Positions 20,663 to 33,201 of a stretch of 64,000 nucleotides of DNA are shown here, piece by piece. The position numbers and the translations under genes are program-made. The stretch is from Nostoc sp. (GTDB taxonomy: Bacteria > Cyanobacteriota > Cyanobacteriia > Cyanobacteriales > Nostocaceae): the NCBI GenBank assembly GCA_036918135.1, contig JBALDB010000048.1, positions 96,001 through 160,000 on the forward strand. The letters run 5' to 3'. The notes below the pieces were generated by a model that saw only the letters and a list, made by a program, of their open reading frames with translations, was not told where the DNA came from and searched no databases. Every line of letters starts with the position of its first letter. Position 1 is the first letter of the stretch.

Positions 20663-21451
20663 ATGATGCAACTGATAGACACGCACGTCCATCTCAACTT
20701 TGATAATTTTCAGCCAGATTTATTAGCAGTTCGATCGCGGTGGCAACAAGCAGGTGTAGTACGTTTAGTTCATTCGTGTGTTTCCCCTGAGGAGTTTCCC
20801 AGCATTCAAGCTATAGCGCATGAGTTTCCAGAAATCAGTTTTGCTGTAGGTTTGCATCCTTTAGATGCCCAGAAATGGAATCAGGACACAGCCGAGAAAA
20901 TTAAATATTTGGCGAGTTCTAACTCGAATGTAGTAGCAATTGGAGAAATGGGACTGGATTTTTACAAAGCTGATAACTATCAGCAACAGTACATGGTATT
21001 TGAGTCGCAGTTAGCGATCGCATCTGAACTCGACTTACCAGTAATTATCCACTGTCGCGATGCTGCTGCCCAAACCAGAGAAGTATTAGAAAAATGGCGC
21101 TCACTTAAAGGAGATAGAGTACGCGGGGTCATGCATTGTTGGGGAGGAACGCCAGAAGAAACTCAATGGTTTCTCGATTTGGGTTTTTACATTAGCTTTA
21201 GCGGAACAGTAACATTCAAAAACGCCAAAGCTATCCAATCCTCAGCAGCGATGGTAAGTAGCGATCGCTTACTTATTGAAACAGATTGCCCTTTTTTGGC
21301 TCCAGTTCCTAAACGTGGTGAGAGGCGCAACGAGCCTGCTTACGTCCGTTATGTAGCAGAGCAAGTAGCTAAACTGCGTCAAGAACCCGTGGAGGTCATC
21401 GCCCAGCAAACCACTGAAAATGCCTGTAAATTGTTCGGTTTATCAATATAA
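20663..21451 (+). CDS. tatD: TatD family hydrolase
   Basis: [39 protein letters not shown]. Confidence 0.94.
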   Translation: MMQLIDTHVHLNFDNFQPDLLAVRSRWQQAGVVRLVHSCVSPEEFPSIQAIAHEFPEISFAVGLHPLDAQKWNQDTAEKIKYLASSNSNVVAIGEMGLDFYKADNYQQQYMVFESQLAIASELDLPVIIHCRDAAAQTREVLEKWRSLKGDRVRGVMHCWGGTPEETQWFLDLGFYISFSGTVTFKNAKAIQSSAAMVSSDRLLIETDCPFLAPVPKRGERRNEPAYVRYVAEQVAKLRQEPVEVIAQQTTENACKLFGLSI

Positions 21452-22234
21452 AGTGTTCTTTAGTCTATTTTATTCAGTTGCGTTTAAAGAAATAAAACTT
21501 TAGGAGGACAAAAATATGCTAAAATCGTTCCCTCCAAAACATTTGAAAAGCGCCATAATGATAAAGGAAGGAGCGTAAAACTTCTGAGCTTAATTTTTCG
21601 TGGTGTTATTTGGCTTAGCCATCCTTAAAATCTCTACAAGCGGATGCTCTCCACACATGACTGACCGTGCCAACTCAGGTTGAGCCATAATTATGCACAA
21701 CATCGGCTTGGTGTGTATTTAATCTATACAAATTCGTTAAATGAAATTGCCCTGTGATTACAATCCAGCAAAATAAAGTGATTCTGATTCAAAGCCAACA
21801 ACATACGGATCGTTTCCTCAATCTTAGGATATCTAGAATATCACTGAGAGGATAGACATTAGGTGTGAATTTAAGACACACCGTGTAGAGCTGCGTAAGC
21901 AAATTAACGCGCTTTTTGGAGGGAAGGTGAGGAAAGTAGATCGAATTCAGGAATATCTTAATTGGAGATTGGGGAACTCGGGCCCCCAGAAAGTGGGGAT
22001 TAGGCAATGGGAATTAGAGAAGAGTCTTCTCTATACTCAGTACCTAGCACCTATTCCTGATTAGGAGCGATTATCCCTTGGCGAAATCGCTGATTCCAGC
22101 TTTTATTGCTGGTGCCCACATTTGTAAATAGTAGGTGTATAAAGAGTTTCCAAACTCGGACACTGGCTAGCAGTGGGAAGGATTAGATTACAGTGTCCAA
22201 AGAAAAATTTAACCAGGTTGACAAAGGTAGAGGC

Positions 22235-25200
22235 ATGATTAGAGAAACATATATGGAACCCGCCTTTCTGTTGCCCGACTTGATTGAAATCCAGCGTTCT
22301 AGCTTCCGCTGGTTTTTGGAAGAAGGGTTGATAGAAGAACTCAATTCCTTTAGTCCGATTACAGATTACACGGGCAAACTAGAACTGCACTTTTTGGGTC
22401 AAAACTACAAACTTAAAGAACCAAAGTACAGCGTTGAAGAAGCGAAACGGCGCGATAGTACCTACGCTGTCCAAATGTATGTTCCCACACGTTTGATTAA
22501 TAAGGAAACCGGGGAAATCAAAGAGCAAGAGGTATTCATTGGAGACTTGCCTTTGATGACCGATCGCGGCACCTTTATTATTAACGGAGCCGAGCGGGTG
22601 ATTGTCAACCAAATAGTGCGATCGCCAGGAGTTTACTACAAATCAGAAATCGATAAAAATGGGCGACGTACTTATTCAGCTAGCTTAATTCCCAACCGGG
22701 GGGCATGGCTGAAATTTGAAACAGACCGTAACGATCTGGTGTGGGTACGCATCGACAAAACCCGCAAACTCTCAGCCCAGGTGCTATTAAAAGCTTTAGG
22801 CTTATCAGACAACGAAATCTTCGACGCCTTACGCCACCCAGAATATTTCCAAAAAACCATCGAAAAAGAAGGGCAATTTTCGGAAGAAGAAGCCCTGATG
22901 GAGTTATACCGCAAGTTGCGTCCTGGTGAACCACCTACAGTTTTAGGCGGACAACAGCTCCTAGATTCCCGTTTCTTTGACCCGAAACGTTATGACTTGG
23001 GTCGTGTTGGGCGGTATAAGCTCAACAAGAAATTGCGCCTTTCTGTGCCCGACACCATGCGCGTGCTGACCTCCAGCGATATTTTGGCAGCGGTGGATTA
23101 TTTGATCAACCTAGAGTATGACATCGGCAACATCGATGACATTGACCATTTAGGTAACCGTCGTGTCAGAAGCGTCGGTGAATTGCTGCAAAACCAAGTG
23201 CGGGTAGGCTTAAACCGCCTAGAGAGAATCATTCGGGAACGGATGACCGTATCCGATGCCGAAGTACTCACTCCTGCTTCCTTGGTAAACCCCAAACCAC
23301 TGGTAGCAGCAATTAAAGAATTCTTCGGTTCCAGCCAATTAAGTCAGTTCATGGATCAAACTAATCCTTTAGCAGAACTGACTCATAAACGCCGTTTGAG
23401 TGCCCTCGGCCCTGGTGGTTTAACCCGCGAACGTGCGGGGTTTGCTGTCCGGGATATTCATCCTAGTCACTACGGACGCATTTGCCCGATTGAGACACCA
23501 GAAGGCCCTAACGCTGGGTTGATTGGCTCCTTGGCGACCCATGCACGGGTGAACCAATACGGGTTCTTGGAAACACCATTTAGACCTGTGGAAAATGGGC
23601 GCGTCAGATTTGATTTGACGCCAGCTTACATGACAGCCGATGAAGAAGACGACCTGCGGGTTGCTCCTGGAGACATTCCTGTAGATGAAACAGGGCATAT
23701 TATTGGGCCGCAAGTACCAGTACGCTATCGTCAGGAATTCTCCACCACAACACCAGAGCAAGTGGACTACGTAGCTGTGTCTCCCGTACAAATTGTGTCG
23801 GTAGCTACCAGCATGATTCCCTTCTTGGAGCATGATGACGCTAACCGAGCGCTGATGGGGTCTAACATGCAACGCCAAGCAGTACCCTTGTTGAAGCCAG
23901 AGCGGCCATTGGTAGGCACAGGTTTGGAAGCCCAAGGTGCAAGAGACTCCGGGATGGTAATTGTATCGCGTACTGATGGCGATGTCACCTACGTAGATGC
24001 TACAGAAATTCGGGTGCGTCCGAAACCCAATACCTCAGAAATTAAGTACACCCTTTCTAAGTACCAACGCTCAAACCAAGATACCTGTTTGAACCAGAAG
24101 CCCCTCGTTCGCATTGGTGAAAAAGTAGTGGCAGGTCAAGTACTAGCTGATGGCTCCTCCACCGAAGGCGGTGAATTGGCGTTAGGACAAAATATCGTCG
24201 TTGCTTACATGCCTTGGGAAGGCTACAACTACGAAGACGCAATTTTAATTTCTGAGCGATTGGTGCAGGATGACATCTACACCTCAATTCACATAGAAAA
24301 ATATGAAATTGAGGCTAGACAGACAAAATTGGGACCAGAAGAAATCACCAGAGAAATTCCTAACGTCGGGGAAGACGCCTTGCGGCAGTTAGATGAGCAA
24401 GGAATTATCCGCATTGGCGCATGGGTAGAAGCTGGGGATATTTTGGTGGGCAAAGTAACACCTAAAGGTGAATCCGACCAACCACCAGAAGAAAAACTGT
24501 TGCGGGCGATTTTTGGAGAAAAAGCGCGGGATGTGCGGGACAATTCCCTACGAGTACCCAACGGTGAAAAAGGGCGCGTAGTTGACGTGCGCTTATTTAC
24601 CCGCGAACAAGGTGATGAATTGCCCCCAGGAGCCAATATGGTAGTTCGGGTATATGTCGCCCAAAAACGCAAAATCCAAGTTGGAGACAAAATGGCAGGA
24701 CGCCACGGCAATAAAGGGATTATTTCCCGGATCTTGCCAGCAGAAGATATGCCTTATTTGCCTGATGGTTCGCCAGTGGACATCGTACTTAACCCCTTGG
24801 GCGTACCCAGCCGGATGAATGTCGGACAAGTATTTGAGTGCCTCTTAGGTTGGGCTGGTCATACCTTGGGAGTGCGATTTAAGATTACTCCCTTTGACGA
24901 AATGTATGGTGAAGAGTCATCCCGGAGAATCGTGCATGGCAAATTGCAAGAAGCACGGGATGAAACCAGCAAAGACTGGGTATATAACCCAGATGACCCA
25001 GGTAAAATCATGGTGTTTGATGGTCGTACAGGCGAACCCTTCGACCGACCAATTACCATCGGTGTGGCTTATATGCTGAAGCTGGTGCATTTGGTAGACG
25101 ATAAGATCCATGCGCGTTCTACAGGCCCGTACTCACTGGTGACCCAGCAACCCTTGGGTGGAAAAGCCCAACAAGGCGGTCAGCGGTTTGGGGAAATGGA

Positions 25201-25534
25201 AGTGTGGGCATTGGAAGCCTTTGGTGCGGCTTACACCTTACAGGAATTGCTGACAGTGAAATCCGACGATATGCAAGGACGAAATGAAGCGTTAAATGCG
25301 ATCGTTAAAGGTAAGGCAATTCCTAGACCAGGAACGCCAGAGTCCTTTAAGGTGTTAATGCGCGAACTACAATCATTGGGATTAGACATTGCCGTACACA
25401 AGGTAGAAACCCAAGCAGATGGTAGTTCCTTAGATGTGGAAGTCGATTTGATGGCAGACCAATCAGCCCGCCGTACACCTCCCCGACCCACTTACGAATC
25501 TCTTTCCCGCGATTCACTCGAAGATGACGAATAA
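22235..25534 (+). CDS. rpoB: RNA polymerase beta subunit
   Basis: [43 protein letters not shown]. Start could be the GTG at 22193 or the ATG at 22235. Confidence 0.99.
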   Translation: MIRETYMEPAFLLPDLIEIQRSSFRWFLEEGLIEELNSFSPITDYTGKLELHFLGQNYKLKEPKYSVEEAKRRDSTYAVQMYVPTRLINKETGEIKEQEVFIGDLPLMTDRGTFIINGAERVIVNQIVRSPGVYYKSEIDKNGRRTYSASLIPNRGAWLKFETDRNDLVWVRIDKTRKLSAQVLLKALGLSDNEIFDALRHPEYFQKTIEKEGQFSEEEALMELYRKLRPGEPPTVLGGQQLLDSRFFDPKRYDLGRVGRYKLNKKLRLSVPDTMRVLTSSDILAAVDYLINLEYDIGNIDDIDHLGNRRVRSVGELLQNQVRVGLNRLERIIRERMTVSDAEVLTPASLVNPKPLVAAIKEFFGSSQLSQFMDQTNPLAELTHKRRLSALGPGGLTRERAGFAVRDIHPSHYGRICPIETPEGPNAGLIGSLATHARVNQYGFLETPFRPVENGRVRFDLTPAYMTADEEDDLRVAPGDIPVDETGHIIGPQVPVRYRQEFSTTTPEQVDYVAVSPVQIVSVATSMIPFLEHDDANRALMGSNMQRQAVPLLKPERPLVGTGLEAQGARDSGMVIVSRTDGDVTYVDATEIRVRPKPNTSEIKYTLSKYQRSNQDTCLNQKPLVRIGEKVVAGQVLADGSSTEGGELALGQNIVVAYMPWEGYNYEDAILISERLVQDDIYTSIHIEKYEIEARQTKLGPEEITREIPNVGEDALRQLDEQGIIRIGAWVEAGDILVGKVTPKGESDQPPEEKLLRAIFGEKARDVRDNSLRVPNGEKGRVVDVRLFTREQGDELPPGANMVVRVYVAQKRKIQVGDKMAGRHGNKGIISRILPAEDMPYLPDGSPVDIVLNPLGVPSRMNVGQVFECLLGWAGHTLGVRFKITPFDEMYGEESSRRIVHGKLQEARDETSKDWVYNPDDPGKIMVFDGRTGEPFDRPITIGVAYMLKLVHLVDDKIHARSTGPYSLVTQQPLGGKAQQGGQRFGEMEVWALEAFGAAYTLQELLTVKSDDMQGRNEALNAIVKGKAIPRPGTPESFKVLMRELQSLGLDIAVHKVETQADGSSLDVEVDLMADQSARRTPPRPTYESLSRDSLEDDE

Positions 25535-25660
25535 TTCGTAATTGATAATACTCGCTTTTAGCGAGAAGTAAGCTATGTAATTCGCAATTAATTTTCAATT
25601 GCGAATTACTAATTAAAAATTGTTAATTACGAATTAGAAATTGTTAATTACGAATTACTA
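25532..25660. repeat. AATTCGT/AATTACG heptamer STRR tract with an inserted small dispersed repeat; similar tract at 27540-27600
   Basis: aattcgtaattg...tactcgcttttagcgagaagtaagctat...aattacgaatt. Confidence 0.75.
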
Positions 25661-25663
25661 AAG

Positions 25664-27541
25664 ATGAGACCAGCCCAAACTAATCAGTTTGACTACGTAA
25701 AAATCGGCTTAGCATCACCAGAACGTATTCGCCAGTGGGGTGAGAGAACTTTGCCCAATGGTCAGGTAGTTGGTGAAGTCACCAAGCCAGAAACGATTAA
25801 TTACCGAACTCTTAAGCCAGAGATGGATGGCTTATTCTGCGAGCGGATCTTTGGCCCAGCCAAAGATTGGGAATGTCATTGTGGTAAGTATAAAAGAGTG
25901 CGTCACAGAGGGATTGTCTGTGAGCGCTGTGGGGTAGAAGTTACCGAGTCACGGGTGCGGCGGCATCGCATGGGTTATATTAAGCTCGCCGCGCCAGTAG
26001 CTCACGTTTGGTATCTCAAAGGCATTCCTAGCTATATTTCCATCCTACTGGATATGCCCTTACGGGATGTGGAGCAGATTGTCTATTTCAACTCTTATGT
26101 TGTCTTAAGTCCAGGCAATGCCGAAACTTTAAGTTATAAACAGCTATTAAGTGAAGACCAGTGGCTGGAAATTGAAGACCAAATTTATAGTGAAGATTCT
26201 CAGCTACAGGGCGTAGAAGTAGGCATTGGTGCTGAAGCATTGCTGCGCTTGCTTGCCGATATCAATTTAGAGCAAGAAGCCGAAAGCCTGCGGGAAGAAA
26301 TTGGCAATGCCAAGGGACAAAAAAGAGCCAAACTTATTAAACGACTGCGGGTAATTGACAACTTCATCGCTACTGGTTCTAAACCAGAGTGGATGGTAAT
26401 GGCAGTTATTCCGGTGATTCCCCCCGACTTGCGCCCAATGGTGCAGCTAGATGGCGGACGGTTTGCTACTAGCGATTTGAATGATTTATATCGGCGGGTA
26501 ATTAACCGGAATAATCGTTTGGCACGCTTGCAAGAAATTTTGGCACCAGAGATCATTGTGCGGAACGAAAAGCGGATGCTGCAAGAAGCAGTGGATGCTT
26601 TGATTGACAATGGTCGTCGCGGACGGACTGTGGTGGGGGCGAATAACCGACCCTTGAAATCTTTGTCCGACATTATTGAAGGTAAGCAAGGACGTTTTAG
26701 ACAAAACTTGTTAGGTAAACGAGTTGACTACTCTGGACGTTCGGTAATTGTGGTCGGGCCGAAGCTGAAAATTCACCAGTGCGGTTTGCCTAGAGAAATG
26801 GCAATTGAGCTATTTCAACCATTTGTGATTAACCGCCTGATTCGCAGTGGTATGGTGAATAATATCAAAGCTGCGAAAAAGCTAATATCGCGTAATGACC
26901 CTAGTGTTTGGGATGTATTGGAAGAAGTAATTGAAGGACACCCAGTGCTACTTAACCGGGCACCGACGTTGCACCGCTTGGGTATTCAATCTTTTGAACC
27001 AATCTTGGTAGAAGGGAGAGCAATTCAACTGCATCCTTTGGTGTGTCCGGCATTTAACGCTGACTTTGATGGCGACCAAATGGCGGTACACGTGCCGCTG
27101 TCATTAGAAAGTCAGGCTGAGGCACGGTTGTTGATGTTGGCTTCTAACAATATTTTGTCACCAGCCACAGGTAAACCGATTATCACGCCTAGCCAAGACA
27201 TGGTGTTGGGAGCATATTACTTAACAGCAGAAAATCCCGCTGCTACCAAAGGTGCAGGCAAGTATTTTGCTTCCTTAGATGACGTAATTATGGCTTTCCA
27301 GCAAGAGGAAATTGACTTGCACGCCTATATTTATGTGCGGTTTGACGGCGAACTCGAATCAGACCAACCTGATACAGAACCTCTTGAAGTACAAGAAAAC
27401 GAAGATGGCACCCGGACATTAAAGTATCAGTTCCGCCGAGTTCGGGAAGACGCTAAGGGAAATCTCGTTTCACAGTATATACGTACAACGCCTGGTCGGG
27501 TTATTTACAATAAAGCGATTCAGGAAGCACTTGCAAGCTAA
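25664..27541 (+). CDS. rpoC1: RNA polymerase gamma subunit
   Basis: Zn finger CHCGKYK..CERCG; catalytic NADFDGDQM. Confidence 0.99.
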   Translation: MRPAQTNQFDYVKIGLASPERIRQWGERTLPNGQVVGEVTKPETINYRTLKPEMDGLFCERIFGPAKDWECHCGKYKRVRHRGIVCERCGVEVTESRVRRHRMGYIKLAAPVAHVWYLKGIPSYISILLDMPLRDVEQIVYFNSYVVLSPGNAETLSYKQLLSEDQWLEIEDQIYSEDSQLQGVEVGIGAEALLRLLADINLEQEAESLREEIGNAKGQKRAKLIKRLRVIDNFIATGSKPEWMVMAVIPVIPPDLRPMVQLDGGRFATSDLNDLYRRVINRNNRLARLQEILAPEIIVRNEKRMLQEAVDALIDNGRRGRTVVGANNRPLKSLSDIIEGKQGRFRQNLLGKRVDYSGRSVIVVGPKLKIHQCGLPREMAIELFQPFVINRLIRSGMVNNIKAAKKLISRNDPSVWDVLEEVIEGHPVLLNRAPTLHRLGIQSFEPILVEGRAIQLHPLVCPAFNADFDGDQMAVHVPLSLESQAEARLLMLASNNILSPATGKPIITPSQDMVLGAYYLTAENPAATKGAGKYFASLDDVIMAFQQEEIDLHAYIYVRFDGELESDQPDTEPLEVQENEDGTRTLKYQFRRVREDAKGNLVSQYIRTTPGRVIYNKAIQEALAS

Positions 27542-27624
27542 TTTGTAATTTCTAATTCGTAATTCGTAATTGAAGAGTTAATTACGAATTACGAATTATG
27601 TTAATGACTTAGGACTAATGACTA

Positions 27625-30600
27625 ATGACTGAAAAAATGATTTTTCGCAATCGCGTAGTTAACAAAAGTCAACTGCAAAAATTAATCTCTTGGGCTTTTA
27701 CGCATTATGGGACGGCGCGAACCGCAGTCATGGCGGACAAACTCAAAGATTTGGGATTTCGCTATGCCACCAAAGCAGGGGTTTCCATTAGTGTAGATGA
27801 CTTGATGGTGCCTCCAACTAAGCGATCGCTTCTAGAAGCAGCCGAAGAAGAAATTCGTGCCACCGAAGCCCGTTACCAACGGGGTGAAATTACTGAAGTA
27901 GAACGTTTCCAAAAAGTAATTGATACTTGGAACGGTACCAGTGAAGCCCTCAAAGATGAGGTAGTTGTCCACTTTAAGAAGACTAATCCCCTAAACTCCG
28001 TATACATGATGGCATTCTCCGGGGCGCGGGGTAACATCTCCCAAGTCCGGCAATTGGTAGGGATGCGGGGACTGATGGCAGATCCGCAAGGGGAAATTAT
28101 CGACTTGCCCATCAAAACTAACTTCCGGGAAGGGCTGACGGTGACGGAATACATTATTTCGTCTTACGGCGCGAGAAAAGGATTGGTGGATACCGCCTTA
28201 CGGACGGCTGACTCTGGTTATCTTACCCGGCGTTTGGTGGACGTATCCCAGGATGTAATTATTCGGGAATTTGACTGTGGCACCAATAGAGGCATTCCTA
28301 TTCGGCCAATGACAGAAGGTGCCAAAACTTTGATTCCTCTGGCAACCCGCTTGATGGGACGGGTAGTTGGTGAGGATGTGATACATCCAACGACAAAAGA
28401 AGTGATTGCACCACGCAACACCCCAATTTCTGACGACTTGGCCAAGGAAATTGGCAAATCTGGCGTAGCAGAAGTTGTAGTGCGGAGTCCCTTAACTTGT
28501 GAAGCTGCACGTTCTGTCTGTCAACATTGCTATGGCTGGAGTTTAGCTCACGCCAAGATGGTAGACTTGGGCGAAGCTGTGGGAATCATTGCTGCTCAAA
28601 GTATCGGTGAACCAGGCACCCAGCTAACCATGCGGACATTCCACACAGGTGGTGTGTTTACCGGGGAAGTGGCGCAACAAGTCCGTTCTAAAATCGATGG
28701 GACTGTGAAAATTCCCCGCAAGTTGCGGACAAGACAATATCGTACCCGCCACGGTGAAGATGCTTTGTATGTTGAGGCCAATGGCGTCATCATTTTGGAA
28801 CCAAATAAAGAAGGCGATGCTACACCAGCTAACCAAGAAGTACAGGTGACTCAAGGTTCTACATTATATGTATTTGACGGCAATAAAGTAAAACAAGGTC
28901 AGTTGTTGGCAGAAGTTGCCCTTGGTGGACGCACTACTCGAACTAATACAGAAAAAGCCGTTAAAGATGTGGCTTCTGACTTAGCAGGGGAAGTGCAATT
29001 TGCGGAAGTTGTGCCAGAACAAAAAACCGACCGTCAAGGCAACACTACAACTACAGCCGCACGCGGTGGCTTGATTTGGATTTTATCTGGGGAAGTTTAC
29101 AACTTGCCACCAGGTGCCGAATTGGTAGTAAAAAATGGTGATGCGATCGCTTCTAATGGAGTATTAGCAGAAACCAAATTAACTACTCTGCACGGGGGTG
29201 TAGTGCGCTTACCCGAAGCTACTCCAGGTAAGAGTACCAGGGAAATTGAGATTATCACTGCTTCTGTGGTCTTAGACCAGGCAACAGTAACAGTCCAAAG
29301 CTCCCAAGGTCGCAATAACTACCTAGTCTCCACTAGCAACAACCAAGTATTTAATCTCCGCGCAACACCAGGCACAAAAGTGCAAAATGGTCAAGTTGTA
29401 GCCGAGTTAATTGACGACCGCTATCGCACAAGTACTGGTGGATTCCTAAAATTTGCGGGCGTAGAAGTCCAGAAAAAAGGCAAAGCCAAACTGGGTTATG
29501 AAGTCGTCCAAGGTGGTACGCTGTTGTGGATTCCGGAAGAAACACACGAAGTTAATAAAGATATCTCCTTACTGTTGGTAGAAGACGGTCAATTTGTGGA
29601 AGCTGGCAGCGAAGTTGTGAAGGACATCTTCTGCCAAAACAGCGGTGTGATTGAAGTTACGCAGAAAAACGACATTCTGCGGGAAGTAGTGGTGAAGCCA
29701 GGGGAACTACTGATGGTGGACGACCCCGAAGCAGTCATGGGACGAGATAACACCTTCATCCAGCCAGGTGAAGAATTTCAAGGCACTGTCGCCACAGAAT
29801 TACGCTATATCCAGTATATAGAGACACCAGAAGGCCCTGCCCTGTTGAGTCGTCCAGTAGTCGAGTTCGCCGTACCGAACAATCCTGACGTGCCATCGAC
29901 CACATCGGTAAGTCAACAAACTGGACGTTCCATTCAGTTGCGTGCTGTGCAGCGCTTGCCTTATAAAGATTCCGAACGCGTGAAATCTGTGGAAGGTGTG
30001 GAACTGCTGCGAACCCAGCTAGTGCTGGAAATTGAGCAAGAAGGCGAACAAGACCACAACGCTTCCCCCCTAGCAGCAGATATTGAATTGGTACAGGATA
30101 GCGAAAATGAAGAAGTTCAGCGCTTGCAGTTGGTGATTTTGGAGTCTTTGGTAATTCGTCGAGACATTACCGCTGATGCCACCCAAGGTAGCACCCAGAC
30201 AACACTAGAAGTCCAAGATGGACTAACCATCGCCCCTGGTTCCGTGGTCGCACGTACTCAAATCTTGTCTAAAGAAGGCGGGATAGTCCGGGGCGTGCAA
30301 AAGGGAACTGAAAATGTGCGTCGCTGTTTGGTGTTGCGGGAAACTGACATGATTACCGTAAATACCAGTAGCCAGCCGAAAGTAAAAGCGGGTGAATTGC
30401 TTGTAGCAGGTACAGAAGTTGCCACTGAAGTTTTTGCTGACGAATCTGGGCAAGTAATGGATGTCAAAAAGGTAATGAGTGCTGAATCTAAAGCGAGTCA
30501 AGGAAATACTCAAGACTCAGCACTTAGCACTCAGAACTACGCTATTACTATCCGCCTCGGTCGTCCCTATCGAGTCAGCCCTGGTGCTGTATTGCAAATA

Positions 30601-31689
30601 GAAGATGGAGATTTGGTACAACGGGGTGATAACTTAGTGTTGCTGGTGTTTGAACGCGCCAAAACCGGAGACATTATTCAAGGTTTGCCCCGGATTGAAG
30701 AATTGCTGGAAGCTCGTAAACCGAAAGAGGCGTGTATTTTAGCACGGCGAGCCGGAGAAGTCAAGGTAGTTTACGGTGATGGTGATGAAGCGATCGCCAT
30801 TAAGGTTGTAGAATCAAATGGTGTAGTTACAGATTATCCTCTCGGGCCGGGACAAAATTTAACTATCCCAGATGGATCTCATATTTCAGCCGGACAACCG
30901 TTAACCGATGGCCCATCCAACCCGCACGAAATTTTGGAAATCTTCTTTAGCTTGGGTTCCGAAGACGGAGTTTATGCTTGTGCTAGCCATGCTTTGCAGA
31001 AGGTACAGACATTCTTAGTCAATGAAGTGCAAATGGTGTATCAGTCTCAAGGGATTGATATTTCCGATAAGCACATTGAAGTAATTGTGCGCCAGATGAC
31101 CAACAAAGTCCGGATTGATGATGGTGGCGACACCACAATGCTTCCCGGCGAATTGGTGGAACTGCGCCAAGTTGAGCAGGTGAACGAAGCAATGGCAATT
31201 ACAGGCGGTGCTAGGGCACAGTATACCCCGGTACTACTAGGTATTACCAAAGCATCATTGAACACCGACAGCTTTATTTCTGCTGCATCCTTCCAAGAGA
31301 CAACACGCGTATTAACCGAAGCAGCTATTGAAGGCAAATCTGACTGGCTGCGGGGATTAAAGGAAAACGTGATTATCGGGCGATTGATTCCGGCTGGTAC
31401 TGGTTACAATACCTATGAAGAAACCAGTGCGATCGATGACTATGCTGTTGATATTAGCAGTAGTGTCTTAGATGAAGTTGACGATCCCCTCGATATGGTT
31501 TTAGATGACCGCACAGCTCGTACCTATAATTTAGATTCTCCCACCCTTGGGGAATCTAGCTATGGCAACAGACGTGCAGAAAGGTCAATTTTAGATGACG
31601 ACGATGACTTAATTGCTGATGAAATAGCAGACGAAGACGATTACGAAGAAGACGATGAAGACGACGAAGATGATTTCGACGACGAGTAA
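27625..31689 (+). CDS. rpoC2: RNA polymerase beta' subunit
   Basis: [31 protein letters not shown], large cyanobacterial insertion, SAASFQET, acidic tail. Confidence 0.99.
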   Translation: MTEKMIFRNRVVNKSQLQKLISWAFTHYGTARTAVMADKLKDLGFRYATKAGVSISVDDLMVPPTKRSLLEAAEEEIRATEARYQRGEITEVERFQKVIDTWNGTSEALKDEVVVHFKKTNPLNSVYMMAFSGARGNISQVRQLVGMRGLMADPQGEIIDLPIKTNFREGLTVTEYIISSYGARKGLVDTALRTADSGYLTRRLVDVSQDVIIREFDCGTNRGIPIRPMTEGAKTLIPLATRLMGRVVGEDVIHPTTKEVIAPRNTPISDDLAKEIGKSGVAEVVVRSPLTCEAARSVCQHCYGWSLAHAKMVDLGEAVGIIAAQSIGEPGTQLTMRTFHTGGVFTGEVAQQVRSKIDGTVKIPRKLRTRQYRTRHGEDALYVEANGVIILEPNKEGDATPANQEVQVTQGSTLYVFDGNKVKQGQLLAEVALGGRTTRTNTEKAVKDVASDLAGEVQFAEVVPEQKTDRQGNTTTTAARGGLIWILSGEVYNLPPGAELVVKNGDAIASNGVLAETKLTTLHGGVVRLPEATPGKSTREIEIITASVVLDQATVTVQSSQGRNNYLVSTSNNQVFNLRATPGTKVQNGQVVAELIDDRYRTSTGGFLKFAGVEVQKKGKAKLGYEVVQGGTLLWIPEETHEVNKDISLLLVEDGQFVEAGSEVVKDIFCQNSGVIEVTQKNDILREVVVKPGELLMVDDPEAVMGRDNTFIQPGEEFQGTVATELRYIQYIETPEGPALLSRPVVEFAVPNNPDVPSTTSVSQQTGRSIQLRAVQRLPYKDSERVKSVEGVELLRTQLVLEIEQEGEQDHNASPLAADIELVQDSENEEVQRLQLVILESLVIRRDITADATQGSTQTTLEVQDGLTIAPGSVVARTQILSKEGGIVRGVQKGTENVRRCLVLRETDMITVNTSSQPKVKAGELLVAGTEVATEVFADESGQVMDVKKVMSAESKASQGNTQDSALSTQNYAITIRLGRPYRVSPGAVLQIEDGDLVQRGDNLVLLVFERAKTGDIIQGLPRIEELLEARKPKEACILARRAGEVKVVYGDGDEAIAIKVVESNGVVTDYPLGPGQNLTIPDGSHISAGQPLTDGPSNPHEILEIFFSLGSEDGVYACASHALQKVQTFLVNEVQMVYQSQGIDISDKHIEVIVRQMTNKVRIDDGGDTTMLPGELVELRQVEQVNEAMAITGGARAQYTPVLLGITKASLNTDSFISAASFQETTRVLTEAAIEGKSDWLRGLKENVIIGRLIPAGTGYNTYEETSAIDDYAVDISSSVLDEVDDPLDMVLDDRTARTYNLDSPTLGESSYGNRRAERSILDDDDDLIADEIADEDDYEEDDEDDEDDFDDE

Positions 31690-31692
31690 AAA

Positions 31693-31720
31693 GTACAGAC
31701 GCGATTAATCGCGTTTGTAC
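31693..31720. repeat. 28-bp REP-like palindrome GTACAGACGCGATTAATCGCGTtTGTAC; further copies at 47467-47494 and (interrupted) at 45817-45865
   Basis: Three related copies compared directly. Confidence 0.85.
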
Positions 31721-31726
31721 AAAAAT

Positions 31727-31760
31727 AAAAAGGCAAAAGAAGATTTTCTTTTGCCTTTTT
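31727..31760 (+). terminator. Terminator after rpoC2
   Basis: Hairpin aaaaggcaaaagaa..ttcttttgccttttt. Confidence 0.75.
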
Positions 31761-32209
31761 AGTTTGTTTTCAAAAAACACATTATAAAATTTTGATTTCT
31801 AGCTTTAAATTTAAGATTATGGAGTTTTTTTACATTGTAGTGGAAGGGAATAATTTTGATGTTGATAGTTTTTTAGCTGCAAATGATATTCAAGCAGATT
31901 TTTGATAGCATAAAGACAATAAAAGAACTAGTTGTGTTACAAATTTTTCAAAATATAGCTTTATTAAATTATTCTGAATTTTCACTATAAAAAAATCCTT
32001 TACACTTCATGATTCTTAATCATCTCAGCTTCCTTTTTTAGCTGACATAAGTCGCACAATCTAATAGGCTAATCTTAAAGTGGTGATTTTTCATAAAGCT
32101 CAACTACTAAAAAAGGTAGGTTTTGTTGCTCAGTATTTTGGATTACTATGTGCAAAATGTTGCCTAACCTTTATCATCACTGAGTTGTTAATTAGTACCT
32201 ATAGAGAAA

Positions 32210-32539
32210 ATGCGTCTTAAAATTGTCCAGAACTTTGATGCTAGTTTTACTCTTGAACCACAAGCAAAAGAAACCTTATTTAACTTATTAACAAGTGAAG
32301 CTTTTTTAAACCAAATATGCCAACAATTACAGTGTCAAAAAGTCGAATTTACAAAATTATTATTTCAGCCAGTTCCTTATAGCTTAACTACCACTAAAGG
32401 AATGCCGGCAGAATTTGAAAAATATCATGCATCTGATGAATACGCCATTATCAACATCCCACCAAACTTTATGTTTAGTGCTAAGATTTTTCAACCTAGT
32501 CGCCTTTGTGCTATTTATCAAAAATTGGATAATGCTTAA
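32210..32539 (+). CDS. Hypothetical protein
   Basis: 109-aa ORF with SD-like agag upstream; no recognised motif. Confidence 0.6.
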   Translation: MRLKIVQNFDASFTLEPQAKETLFNLLTSEAFLNQICQQLQCQKVEFTKLLFQPVPYSLTTTKGMPAEFEKYHASDEYAIINIPPNFMFSAKIFQPSRLCAIYQKLDNA

Positions 32540-32608
32540 TTTGAAAGAGACTTTTATTTAATCAGTAATTTTCAATTCACAGGCAATAGCAACTTTTAAA
32601 TTTAGTTT

Positions 32609-33154
32609 ATGAATACTGAAACCAATACTCCTGCTTTAACAAACTTAGAATTCACTCATTACATTGACGATCGCGGCCAACTTCCCGAACAATTTCAAGG
32701 TAAAATCGGCGTATATGCTATCTTTGACCGAGAAAAAATACTGCAATTTGTGGGATATTCCCGTGATGTTTATCTTAGCCTGAAGCAGCATTTAGTACGT
32801 CAACCGCACCAATGTTATTGGGTGAAAGTTCAAACTATTGAACGCCCCAGCCGCACAGTTTTAGAAAATATTGAAAATGCTTGGATTGCTGAAAATGGCA
32901 GTGTGCCTGCTGGAAATGGGGATAGCAAGGAAAAATGGACTAATCCCATAGATGTGAAAATAGTAATGACACCTGAAGAACAGGCAAATTATCAAAATCC
33001 AGCTAATGATGAATTGGCACAAATAAAAATTATTAAAAATGTGGCACGGCGAGTAGAAGCAGAGATTTTTAAGGAATTAGAAGCGCGTGGTTTGCAACTA
33101 GAAGTTCGCTTTAATCCTAAATTGAAAGAACAAGGGTTACTGGATTTGAAATGA
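32609..33154 (+). CDS. GIY-YIG-like domain protein
   Basis: GVYAIFD...QFVGYSRDVYLSLKQH. Confidence 0.75.
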   Translation: MNTETNTPALTNLEFTHYIDDRGQLPEQFQGKIGVYAIFDREKILQFVGYSRDVYLSLKQHLVRQPHQCYWVKVQTIERPSRTVLENIENAWIAENGSVPAGNGDSKEKWTNPIDVKIVMTPEEQANYQNPANDELAQIKIIKNVARRVEAEIFKELEARGLQLEVRFNPKLKEQGLLDLK

Positions 33155-33201
33155 AGGTAGTTTTGGGAAAACTATCTTATGAATATTGCTGGTAATCTCC
33201 C

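Noticed and set aside
27625..31689. Possible intein or extra domain making RpoC2 long
   Set aside because: The large insertion after QLTMRTFH is the normal cyanobacterial lineage-specific domain; no intein terminal motifs were seen.
22379..31780. Many antisense and alternate-frame ORFs within rpoB/rpoC1/rpoC2
   Set aside because: Typical shadows of codon-biased, highly expressed genes; no motifs.
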